A DNA stretch of 64,000 bases, taken from NCBI GenBank assembly GCA_043807135.1, contig JAZDGF010000003.1:8516-72515 (forward strand), read 5' to 3'. Under the pieces are notes generated by a model that did no database searches, was not told the DNA's origin, and saw only the letters and a program-made list of their open reading frames with translations. Made by a program: the position numbers and the translations under genes. This document shows, in pieces, positions 38,918 to 47,763 of the stretch. Every line of letters begins with the position of its first letter. Position 1 is the first letter of the stretch. Origin of the DNA: Candidatus Levyibacteriota bacterium (lineage in GTDB: Bacteria > Patescibacteriota > Microgenomatia > Levybacterales > UBA12049).

Positions 38918-39388
38918 TTAGTCCACTGACATAATTGTGTATAAAATCTTTCCAGCAGGAGCTTCTACCTCAATTTTTTCTCCTACTTTTTTACCAATTA
39001 ATGCTTTTCCCAAAGGAGATTCGTGAGAAATTTTCTTTTCGGTTGGATCTGCTTCCCATTCACCTACAACCATAAAGCTTTCTTTTTTACCTTTTATATT
39101 TACCGTAACTTTTGATCCAAGTTTAACAATGTGGTTTGTGTTTTTAGCATTTTCATTAATCATTACCACTTGTTTTAAAAGTTCTTCCAACTCATCTACT
39201 CTTCCATCAATAAAAGAGAGCTCTTCCCTTGCGGCAATATATTCTGCATTCTCTGAAAGGTCACCCATATTTCTTGCCTGGGAAACTCTTTCTAAGATTT
39301 CAGGTCTTTTTACTTTACTAAGCTCATCATGCTCTTTCTTAAGCTCTCCTAGGCCAGTTTTTGTTAAGTATATTTTTTTTGTATCCAT
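38918..39388 (-). CDS. greA: Transcription elongation factor GreA
   Basis: GDLSENAEY and ISHESPLGKAL motifs. Confidence 0.96.
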   Translation of the reverse strand: MDTKKIYLTKTGLGELKKEHDELSKVKRPEILERVSQARNMGDLSENAEYIAAREELSFIDGRVDELEELLKQVVMINENAKNTNHIVKLGSKVTVNIKGKKESFMVVGEWEADPTEKKISHESPLGKALIGKKVGEKIEVEAPAGKILYTIMSVD

Positions 39389-39397
39389 ATGTTTTTT

Positions 39398-39437
39398 AAA
39401 ATAAAAACCCTCTCTTGCTTAAGGGGATAGAGGGGGT
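39398..39437 (-). terminator. Terminator-like hairpin in the greA 5' leader
   Basis: CCCTCT...AGAGGG stem followed by TTTTTATTTT, ending about 10 nt before the greA ATG. Confidence 0.55.
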
Positions 39438-39465
39438 AATTGTTTTCAATTATCAATTTTATGGA

Positions 39466-39494
39466 ATGATATAGGAATTTCACAGCTTTGTCAA
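39466..39494 (-). promoter_or_regulatory. sigma70-type promoter for greA
   Basis: TTGACA-17 nt-TATCAT. Confidence 0.65.
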
Positions 39495-39517
39495 TAACCT
39501 CTAGTAGTGCTACTATA

Positions 39518-40504
39518 TCAACTGATAAACTCAAATTTTGAAGCTAAAAGATAGGCTTTTTCTTTTGTTTCTTCATTTACAAATATCTCAACAATTCCCT
39601 CATTTGGCTGTCCATAATAAATGCTAAAACCAAGAGGTGCGGAAAGAATTAAGGGTAATACTGCCAAATCATCTTCTCCCTTTATTAAAATCAAAGTTTT
39701 CTCGTTTTTTTTAAAAGCGCTAATTATTTTTTTAAATAAATCAGCAGTTATATGCCCAGAAGGATTAGTAACGTTTACAATTTTCTCGTTCTTTTTAAAT
39801 CCTAATTCTTTTATATTTTCAAAAGTTTTTTTTCTTCTAACTAAAAAGTCAAAGATGGCAATTTGCGGTTTTGTATTATTTATATTTGCTTTTTTTGTTG
39901 TAATATCCCCTACTGTTGCAAAACCAAACTTGTAATTAAATTTTTCAATATCTTTTAAAAGCCTCCCAAAAGGCCTACTTAATTCAGGACGTAATTTAAC
40001 AGGAAGTAAAAGCTTTCCCTTTAGCCATTTTTTATTAACATATAATTTTCCTTCTCTATTCATTTCTCCATTTCTTATTCTTCTAGAAGAAATTTCACCT
40101 CTGTCTTCTGCAAGGATCATTTTATTAATAATTATTTTAAGTTTTCTTAGTTTTTTTTCTTCTCTTTTTTTGTTAATAATTTCTGCTACTTTCAATCCAG
40201 TTTTTGAGATAAGTAAAGCATCAATGTTTTTTTCTTTAAGTGTTGGCCCAAAAGCATCATTAATTTTAATAAGTTTTGCTCTTTTTAAAAAATTTTTCTC
40301 TTTCAAAAAACAGGTAACTATTTTTTTCCTCTTTTCAAATTCTTCAATCCCTGAAGTCTTTTTACTTTTTACATAATTATTGCTAGTTATCCCAATTAAA
40401 ACTTTTTCTGATAAAAGAAATGCTTTTTTTAAAAAATCTTCATGTCCTTTATGGAAGTAATCAAAAGTTCCGCCAATTGCAATCATTTTTAATTTTTTAT
40501 TCAT
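39518..40504 (-). CDS. coaD: Archaeal/eukaryotic-type phosphopantetheine adenylyltransferase fused to DUF359 (GTP-dependent dephospho-CoA kinase family)
   Basis: N-terminal GGTFDYFHKGH...ISSRRIR; C-terminal VGD..T, D..VRR, NPSG.I, GEDDL..LP, YGQPNEG. Confidence 0.82.
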   Translation of the reverse strand: MNKKLKMIAIGGTFDYFHKGHEDFLKKAFLLSEKVLIGITSNNYVKSKKTSGIEEFEKRKKIVTCFLKEKNFLKRAKLIKINDAFGPTLKEKNIDALLISKTGLKVAEIINKKREEKKLRKLKIIINKMILAEDRGEISSRRIRNGEMNREGKLYVNKKWLKGKLLLPVKLRPELSRPFGRLLKDIEKFNYKFGFATVGDITTKKANINNTKPQIAIFDFLVRRKKTFENIKELGFKKNEKIVNVTNPSGHITADLFKKIISAFKKNEKTLILIKGEDDLAVLPLILSAPLGFSIYYGQPNEGIVEIFVNEETKEKAYLLASKFEFIS

Positions 40505-41357
40505 ATTTTTTTATTTTTTTATTAAATTTATTAAGAATTTTACTTCTATAGTCAACTGCATGAAATGCCAAAAAATCTTTAGTAACAGTTTCAATTGTAA
40601 TATTTTTTTTCATAAATGAGTATTGTGCTTTTCTTGCAATAGGTTCTAAAAGTCTAAGCATGTTAATTTGCCACATTTTTATGTTTCTTTTTGGAACTTC
40701 TATTTTTTTCTTGCTTAAAAGCGCATTTGGTAAAAATTTTTTAATCCAACTATTTTTTCTTAAAAACTTAGTATATGTTTTATTTCGCTCAAAAATAGGA
40801 AGCATTTGAACAGCTTCATGTGCAGAGTATAAATCTTGCTTATTTTTTTCCAAAGATAATTTATTCTCACCTATAATCATATTTAAGCAAATCTTATCCT
40901 TAACATCTTTTTCTGCTCTTTTTCTATAAACTCCCAAAGTTTTTAATAAAAGTATTGCAAAAAGTCTTGTGATCCAAATTGTGTTTTTTGAAGTAATAAT
41001 GAAAATATCTATATCTTCTTTTCTTCTTGAACTTAAGAGAGCAAGAGATCCAGTAATGCCTATAAAATAAACTGATGGAATAAATGAAATAAGTTTTGCA
41101 ATTTTTCTTGCTTTTTTAATTTTTATTAAACTTTCTTTATTCCTTTTTTCTCTTTCTTTTATATTCTTACTTTTCCCTTTAAGAAAATAGAAATTGTTTT
41201 TACTTACAATTCTTTTTTCATTAAAGCTTAATAGAAAATCTTTCTTACTTATTTTTTTATTTGAAATTAAGTAAATCCAAATTTCCTCTTTTTTTAGGGG
41301 AAAATCAAAAATATCGCTATATACTAAGGTTTTTAAAACCGGATTTTTACTGTCCAT
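40497..41357 (-). CDS. Pol-beta-type nucleotidyltransferase domain protein, unknown substrate
   Basis: ITGSLAL....EDIDIFII motif; KICLN; very basic. Confidence 0.7.
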   Translation of the reverse strand: MDSKNPVLKTLVYSDIFDFPLKKEEIWIYLISNKKISKKDFLLSFNEKRIVSKNNFYFLKGKSKNIKEREKRNKESLIKIKKARKIAKLISFIPSVYFIGITGSLALLSSRRKEDIDIFIITSKNTIWITRLFAILLLKTLGVYRKRAEKDVKDKICLNMIIGENKLSLEKNKQDLYSAHEAVQMLPIFERNKTYTKFLRKNSWIKKFLPNALLSKKKIEVPKRNIKMWQINMLRLLEPIARKAQYSFMKKNITIETVTKDFLAFHAVDYRSKILNKFNKKIKKYE

Positions 41358-42843
41358 AATCCTTTAGAACCTGAGACTCTCCTTGAATAAGAGTCTGGAC
41401 AGCTGTTTCAGAAGATGTATTTTCAAGAATTGAGCCAATTGCATTTTCTAAATATTTGTTTAGTTTTGAATTTATTCCATTATCATATGTTTCACCAATA
41501 AAATACGAAGATGTGGCGTTTTTTGCTTGAGCTATAAACGGATAAATATTTGGATTATCTTTTAATTTATCTCCAAGCTCCATTCTTGCGTAAGGTTCTC
41601 CAAATTCCCTTGTTTTTGATGCTTCTGTATATATTTTTTCAGAAGATTCTTTGCTGGTTAAAAACTTTAGGAATAATAAAGCTTCTTTTTGATATTTACT
41701 TTTGGAAGAAACTCCTTCAACCCAATAACTTGCAATTGTTTTATTTTGATCAGGAAGCTGAGGAACTGACACGATTTTAAAATCAAGATCTTTATTAATT
41801 GCTTTTATCGTAAAATAATCCCAGGAGTAACCAAAATACATTCCCAAATTTCCTTTTGCAAAAGCAAGAATAGATGAATCTTGTGTATCATCCCATACAT
41901 TTCCTTCATCTAATGAAAATATTGTGTAGAAATCTAAAGCTTCTGCTGCTTTTTTTGGATTTTCCGAAAGATTTGTTATATCTAAACCGCTTTGAACAAA
42001 AAGCAGAGAAATAATATCCGGCGCATGCATTATGTTTGAATATGTTCCCATAGCAGCACCCGCCGTCTTTATTTTTTCATTTTCATCTTTTACGGTTATT
42101 GCTCTTGCGTGACTCATAAATTCTTCCCAATTTATTGGCGGATTAAACCCTGCTGCTTGAAAAATTTCGCTATTAATATACAAAGAAAGAACGTCAATTT
42201 CCAATGGTATTCCATAAATTGCACCTTTTTTAATTAAATCTTTTTGTACAACCGGATAAAAGGAGTTTTTAAACTCATTGGCATCGATTATGTCGCTTGG
42301 GATGGGAAGCAAGAATGAAGAGATCATTGGAACCCAGGTATTATGAAATCTAAAAATATCAGGACCATTACCATTCTTTACTCTTGTATCAAGTCTTTCT
42401 CTATATTCTTTTATATCTTGCTTTACATAGTTTACAGTTATATTTGGATTTTTCTTTTGAAAATCATCAATCACGGGCTGTATTACTCGCTTATCTTCCC
42501 ATAGACCCCAATAAGTTAATGTTACTTTTTCGTTTTTATTACCTGTAAATCTTGGAATTACAAAAGTAATTATTAAAAAAGCAATTATCGCTATTACTAC
42601 TAACCCTAGAAATATTTTCCCAATTTTTTTAAAAGGTGACAACTTTCTTTCTTGAAAATTTTCACTTTCTGAAGGAGGTAAAGGTGGAGATGAAGCTCCA
42701 TCTGTCTGAGCAAGAGGTTTAGTATCCTGAGGAGAAATTGGCTGTGCTTGCAAAGGTGACTGACTCACTGATTGTGCCAGAGGAACTTGTTGGGTTTGTT
42801 GAGCTTGATTTTGTGTTTGTCCGAAAATAGAACTTTCTTCCAT
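41347..42843 (-). CDS. Membrane-anchored extracellular solute-binding protein (sugar-type)
   Basis: Q/P-rich N-terminus; TM; LTYWG, GPDIF, IYGIPL..D.L.LYIN and FAKGNLGM motifs. Confidence 0.85.
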   Translation of the reverse strand: MEESSIFGQTQNQAQQTQQVPLAQSVSQSPLQAQPISPQDTKPLAQTDGASSPPLPPSESENFQERKLSPFKKIGKIFLGLVVIAIIAFLIITFVIPRFTGNKNEKVTLTYWGLWEDKRVIQPVIDDFQKKNPNITVNYVKQDIKEYRERLDTRVKNGNGPDIFRFHNTWVPMISSFLLPIPSDIIDANEFKNSFYPVVQKDLIKKGAIYGIPLEIDVLSLYINSEIFQAAGFNPPINWEEFMSHARAITVKDENEKIKTAGAAMGTYSNIMHAPDIISLLFVQSGLDITNLSENPKKAAEALDFYTIFSLDEGNVWDDTQDSSILAFAKGNLGMYFGYSWDYFTIKAINKDLDFKIVSVPQLPDQNKTIASYWVEGVSSKSKYQKEALLFLKFLTSKESSEKIYTEASKTREFGEPYARMELGDKLKDNPNIYPFIAQAKNATSSYFIGETYDNGINSKLNKYLENAIGSILENTSSETAVQTLIQGESQVLKDYGQ

Positions 42844-42878
42844 ATATATAGTATAATACCATGTGGGAATAGGCGCAA

Positions 42879-44303
42879 ATGAAAAAATTTTTAAAGCAAG
42901 TAAAAAAAAAGCATTTTTTTAGAGCCTTTAGGGTTGTTTTCTGGTTCTCCGTTGGAGCTTTTTTAGGCTTATTTCTTATTACAAACCTTGGTTTTTTTGT
43001 TTTTCAAAGAATTTATTACGATAAAATATATCCTGGAATCATAATTAATGGTGTAAATTTTGGAGGAAAAACTACTTTAGATATAGAAGCTTATTTTGAG
43101 AAGAAAAATAGCTTTACTGAAAACACCTCACTTGTTTTTACTAGCGATTACGGAATAGCTACTGTTTCTGCTAAGGCAATTGACTTTGGATACAACGGTA
43201 CTCTTCTTGCATCTCAAGCATATACCCTAGGAAGATCAAAAAATACCCTTTCAAACGTTGGTCTTATTTTTCAATCTTATTTAAACGGTATTTATCTTTC
43301 TAATTCATATACTTATTCTGAAGATAAGCTTAGAAAAATTTTAGAGCCAATTAGTGCAATTATTGATAAAGAGCCTAAAGATGCTTTGTTTAAATTTGAA
43401 AGCGGCAGAGTTACTACTTTCAGCCCCTCAGAAAACGGGCAAGTTTTAGATTTTGAAGAGCTAAATCGCATTGTTTCTTCAAAAACAATTTCCATTATTT
43501 CATCAGAAAAACCTAAAACTATTGTTATTCAGATCCCAATAATGACAATTGAACCTGAAATCAGCACGGATAAAGTAAATAATTTAGGAATTAAAGAGCA
43601 AATAGGATCAGGAACCTCTCTTTTTCAACACTCAATTCCAGGAAGAATTTTTAATGTAACTCTTGCAGCAGCACGAATGAATGGGGTTTTAATTGCCCCT
43701 GGAGAGACTTTTTCTTTTAATAAGGTGCTTGGTGATGTTTCTTCTTTTACGGGCTACAAACAGGCATACGTTATAAAGGATGGAAGAACTGTTTTAGGAG
43801 ACGGAGGAGGAGTTTGCCAGGTCTCCACAACACTTTTTAGAGCCATTCTTGATTCGGGAATGCCAATCCTAGAAAGACATGCTCATGCTTACAGAGTAGA
43901 ATATTATGAGCAAGATTCTCCACCGGGAATTGACGCAACAGTTTATAGCCCGTCGCCTGATCTTAAATTTAAAAATGACTCAGAAAATTATATTCTTATT
44001 CAAAGCTTTGTAGATCCTAATGTTTTAAGACTTACTTTTGTTTTATATGGAACTAAAGACGGACGAGAGGTAATTATGACTAAGCCCGTAGTCACCAATC
44101 AAACACCACCTCCCCCACCTCTTTATCAAGATGACCCAACTCTTCCCAAGGGAGTAGTAAAACAAGTTGACTTTTCTGCCTGGGGAGCAAGAGTCTATTT
44201 TACAAGAACAGTTACAAAGAACGGGAAGGAAATAATCGCAGACAAGTTTATCTCTAATTTCAGAGCTTGGCAAAGTGTTTATTTAAAAGGAACAAAGGAA
44301 TAA
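42879..44303 (+). CDS. VanW family protein with PG-binding (YoaR-like) region
   Basis: IAPGETFSFN, GGGVCQVSTTLF and GIDATVY..DLKFKN motifs. Confidence 0.9.
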   Translation: MKKFLKQVKKKHFFRAFRVVFWFSVGAFLGLFLITNLGFFVFQRIYYDKIYPGIIINGVNFGGKTTLDIEAYFEKKNSFTENTSLVFTSDYGIATVSAKAIDFGYNGTLLASQAYTLGRSKNTLSNVGLIFQSYLNGIYLSNSYTYSEDKLRKILEPISAIIDKEPKDALFKFESGRVTTFSPSENGQVLDFEELNRIVSSKTISIISSEKPKTIVIQIPIMTIEPEISTDKVNNLGIKEQIGSGTSLFQHSIPGRIFNVTLAAARMNGVLIAPGETFSFNKVLGDVSSFTGYKQAYVIKDGRTVLGDGGGVCQVSTTLFRAILDSGMPILERHAHAYRVEYYEQDSPPGIDATVYSPSPDLKFKNDSENYILIQSFVDPNVLRLTFVLYGTKDGREVIMTKPVVTNQTPPPPPLYQDDPTLPKGVVKQVDFSAWGARVYFTRTVTKNGKEIIADKFISNFRAWQSVYLKGTKE

Positions 44304-44786
44304 ATGGGCAGGATAGTAAACGAAAATCAAATAGGGAAAATAGCAGAAAAATTAAGACTGAGGGGGGAAAAAATTGTTGTAACAGGCGGATGCTTTGACA
44401 TAATCCACCTCGGTCACGTAAAACTTCTTAAAAAATCAAAACAAAAAGGAGATATTCTAATTGTGCTCCTTGAAGGAGATAAATCTGTTAAAAAACTTAA
44501 AGGGAAAAACAGACCCGTAAATAAACAAAGCGAACGCGCAGAAATTCTCTCTTCCTTTTCGTTTGTTGATTTTGTTGTAAAGCTTAAAAAACTTGCATCT
44601 GATAAAGAATATGATAAACTTGTATCTTGCATAGGACCGCACGTAATAGCTGCCACAGAAGGTGACTCTGGCATAAGACACAAAAAAAGACAAGCAAAAT
44701 TAACTGGCGCAAAAATAGTTTTTGTTGTTAAAAAAATTAACAACAAATCAACTACTCGCCTTACGAAGTTAGGATACTTAATATGA
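44304..44786 (+). CDS. Cytidylyltransferase-family (RfaE2/HldC-like) nucleotidyltransferase
   Basis: GGCFDIIHLGH, LKGKNRP and STT motifs. Confidence 0.8.
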   Translation: MGRIVNENQIGKIAEKLRLRGEKIVVTGGCFDIIHLGHVKLLKKSKQKGDILIVLLEGDKSVKKLKGKNRPVNKQSERAEILSSFSFVDFVVKLKKLASDKEYDKLVSCIGPHVIAATEGDSGIRHKKRQAKLTGAKIVFVVKKINNKSTTRLTKLGYLI

Positions 44787-45265
44787 GTTTTTTTAGAAAA
44801 TTTTTAACAGGGTTAATAATTATAGCTGTAATAGTAATTATTTCATTTATTGTTTCACGAGTATTTTTTGGAAACTTCCCATTTGAAAAACAGGGAACTG
44901 CAACAATTGAAAAACAGGTTTTTAATGTAACTGTTGCAAAGTCTGCTAAAGAAAAAGAGATAGGTTTATCGGGCAAAAAAAACTTACCAGAAAATCAAGG
45001 AATGTTATTTACGTTTGATAAAGAAGGTTATTATGGTTTCTGGATGAAAAATATGCTGTTTCCAATTGATATTATTTACATAAAAAAAGGAAAAATTATT
45101 ACCATTTTTGAAAATGTTAAACCGCCAAAAGACACAAAAGGACAACTACTTGTTTACCAACCAAGTCAACCTGCTGATACGATTTTAGAAATTAATGCAG
45201 GGCTTGTTAAAAAGTATAAAATTAAAGTTGGAAATGAAGTAAAGTATGAAAATATTGGCAATTGA
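44783..45265 (+). CDS. DUF192 protein
   Basis: GLS...GMLF...FWMKNMLFPIDII...LEINAG. Confidence 0.9.
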   Translation: MSFFRKFLTGLIIIAVIVIISFIVSRVFFGNFPFEKQGTATIEKQVFNVTVAKSAKEKEIGLSGKKNLPENQGMLFTFDKEGYYGFWMKNMLFPIDIIYIKKGKIITIFENVKPPKDTKGQLLVYQPSQPADTILEINAGLVKKYKIKVGNEVKYENIGN

Positions 45266-46286
45266 AACCTCTTGTGATGAAACAGCCGCAGCAATTATTG
45301 AAGGAAATTCTAGCAAGAATAAAGTAAAAATTCTATCAAATATTGTTTTGTCTTCTTTAAAACTTCACGCAAAAACCGGAGGAATTATTCCAGAAACAGC
45401 CGCAAGAGAACAGATAAAATATATTTTACCTGTAATTGAAAATGCTTTTAAAAAAGCAAAAATATCCATTAGTAAAAATAGCGCTCCTGATATTGATGCA
45501 ATTTCCGTAACAATAGGACCGGGACTAATTGGTTCTCTTTTAATCGGAGTAGAAACTGCAAAAACCTTAGCTTTTGTCTGGAAAAAACCAATAATTCCAG
45601 TTAATCATTTGTACGGACACATTTATGCTAATTTTATTAAACAAGCTAAAAGTAAAAATATTGAATTCCCCGCTATTGTTTTAGTTGTTTCTGGAGGACA
45701 TACAGATCTTCTTCTAATGAAAGGGCACGCTAACATTAAGTGGCTTGGAGGAACCAGAGATGATGCAGCAGGAGAAGCTTTTGATAAAACAGGTAGACTT
45801 CTAAATTTAGCTTATCCGGGAGGACCAAGTATAGAAAAAGTAGCAAAAAAAGGAAACGGCAAAGCTTATAACTTTCCAAGGCCTTTAATTAACTCTTCTG
45901 ATTTTGACTTTAGCTTTAGCGGTCTTAAGACTGCAGTTCTAAGAGAAGTTAAAAAGATTAAACGGCTAGATAATAAAAAAGTTGCGGATTTATCAGCATC
46001 TGTTCAAGATGCAATTATTGATGTTTTAATAAAGAAAACGCTTAAGGCTACGAATAAAAATCACGCAAAATCAATTCTTATTTCAGGAGGAGTTTCTGCA
46101 AATGAAAAGCTTGTTGATCAATTTAAACTAGCGATTAAAAAAAACAAGTTAAGTATTTCATTTTTTGTTCCAGAAAAATGGCTATGCACCGATAATGCTG
46201 CTATGATTGGAGCTGCTGCTTTTTTCAAAGGGAAGAAAATACCCTGGCAGGATATTGAAGTTAACCCCGAACTTTATTTTAATTAG
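45246..46286 (+). CDS. tsaD: tRNA N6-adenosine threonylcarbamoyltransferase TsaD
   Basis: IETSCDET, VNHLYGH, VSGGHT, DDAAGEAFDK and DNAAMI motifs. Confidence 0.97.
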   Translation: MKILAIETSCDETAAAIIEGNSSKNKVKILSNIVLSSLKLHAKTGGIIPETAAREQIKYILPVIENAFKKAKISISKNSAPDIDAISVTIGPGLIGSLLIGVETAKTLAFVWKKPIIPVNHLYGHIYANFIKQAKSKNIEFPAIVLVVSGGHTDLLLMKGHANIKWLGGTRDDAAGEAFDKTGRLLNLAYPGGPSIEKVAKKGNGKAYNFPRPLINSSDFDFSFSGLKTAVLREVKKIKRLDNKKVADLSASVQDAIIDVLIKKTLKATNKNHAKSILISGGVSANEKLVDQFKLAIKKNKLSISFFVPEKWLCTDNAAMIGAAAFFKGKKIPWQDIEVNPELYFN

Positions 46287-46301
46287 TGCTAAAATAAAAG
46301 A

Positions 46302-47285
46302 ATGCAGATAGAGCTACTGTTTATTTCTTTAATTCTAATTATTGGCATAATCTTAATTTATGGAAAAATTTCTTCTATAAACAAATCTCAGTCTGACAAA
46401 ACCCTTCTTGAGTGGCTTAAATCAATGCAAAAATCACTTGATTCTTCAGCCTCTACAATGAATAGAACACTTCAAGAAAATTCAAAACAATTAAATGAAA
46501 GGCTTGATAAAACAGCTATGACCATGAGAGACGTTGGAAGAGAAGTTGGACAAATGAGTGAAATTGGAAGAAGCATGAAAGATCTTCAGGAATTTTTAAA
46601 AAGTCCAAAACTTCGAGGAAATATCGGCGAACATGTTTTAAAAGATTTAATTTCTCAGATGTTTCCTAAAAATAACTTCTTTTTGCAATACGAATTTAAA
46701 ACAGGAGATAGAGTTGATGCAGCTATTAAAACAGACGCTGGAATTTTACCCATAGATTCAAAGTTTCCGATGGAAAATTTTCAGAAGATGACAAAGGCAG
46801 AAGGCAAACAAGAAAAAGATGCTTTTCAAAAAGAATTTGTAAGGGATATTAAAAAACATATTAGTACAATTTCTAAAAAATATATTTTGCCAAATGAAGG
46901 AACTATGGATTTTGCCTTAATGTATGTTCCAAGCGAATCTGTATATTATGAAATCGTAAATATATTAGAAATAATGGATTTTGCAAAACATGAACGTGTT
47001 TATATTGTATCTCCTTCTACTTTATACGCACATTTACAAACCATTCTGCTTTCTTTTGAAGGAAAAAAAATTGAACAAAAATCAAAGGAAATATTTATTA
47101 TGCTTAGGGGGCTTCAAGTAAATTATAACAAGGTAAACGAAAGTCTAAATGTTTTAGGAAAACATCTAAATAATGCCTCCTCTCAATTTAGTAATGTTTC
47201 AGGAGGCTTTTCAAGCATAGGGCAAAAGATAAATATTACAAGACTACTTGAAGAAAAAATAATTAAAAACAGGAAAAAAAATTAA
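46302..47285 (+). CDS. rmuC: DNA recombination protein RmuC
   Basis: RGNIGE, PIDSKFP and DFALMYVPSE motifs. Confidence 0.9.
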   Translation: MQIELLFISLILIIGIILIYGKISSINKSQSDKTLLEWLKSMQKSLDSSASTMNRTLQENSKQLNERLDKTAMTMRDVGREVGQMSEIGRSMKDLQEFLKSPKLRGNIGEHVLKDLISQMFPKNNFFLQYEFKTGDRVDAAIKTDAGILPIDSKFPMENFQKMTKAEGKQEKDAFQKEFVRDIKKHISTISKKYILPNEGTMDFALMYVPSESVYYEIVNILEIMDFAKHERVYIVSPSTLYAHLQTILLSFEGKKIEQKSKEIFIMLRGLQVNYNKVNESLNVLGKHLNNASSQFSNVSGGFSSIGQKINITRLLEEKIIKNRKKN

Positions 47286-47324
47286 GTTGCATTTATTTTT
47301 AAAGAGTGCTATTGTTTTATTAAT

Positions 47325-47729
47325 ATGGATAAGAAGCTCTTATATGTAACAATTATTGTCCTACTCTTAATAGGAGCAATCTATTTTGCTATAAATAAAG
47401 GAGTTTCTTCTCCGACTAAGAAAGATTCTGGTGCAAATCTAAATACTAAATCTACAGAAATTCAAGAAGTAGTTACAGTTACAAAAAATGGTTTTGATCC
47501 AAAAGACTTAAGCGTAAAAGCAGGAACAAGAGTTATTTGGACAAATAAAAGCGGTGGTCCCGCAACTGTTAACTCGGATAATCACCCTGATCACCTACTT
47601 TTTCCTTTCTTAAATTTAGGTGAATTTGGTGATGAATCCTCTGTTCAAGTAATTTTTGATAAATCTGGAAAATATCCTTACCACAATCATTTAGCCCCAA
47701 GTCAAACTGGAACAGTAACAGTCGAGTAA
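47325..47729 (+). CDS. Membrane-anchored cupredoxin-fold protein
   Basis: FDPKDLSVKAGTRVIWTN...F..SGKYPYHNHL..QTGTVTV; lacks the type-1 copper Cys. Confidence 0.75.
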   Translation: MDKKLLYVTIIVLLLIGAIYFAINKGVSSPTKKDSGANLNTKSTEIQEVVTVTKNGFDPKDLSVKAGTRVIWTNKSGGPATVNSDNHPDHLLFPFLNLGEFGDESSVQVIFDKSGKYPYHNHLAPSQTGTVTVE

Positions 47730-47763
47730 TTCTGTTTTTGTGATACAATTACCTCTATCTTAA

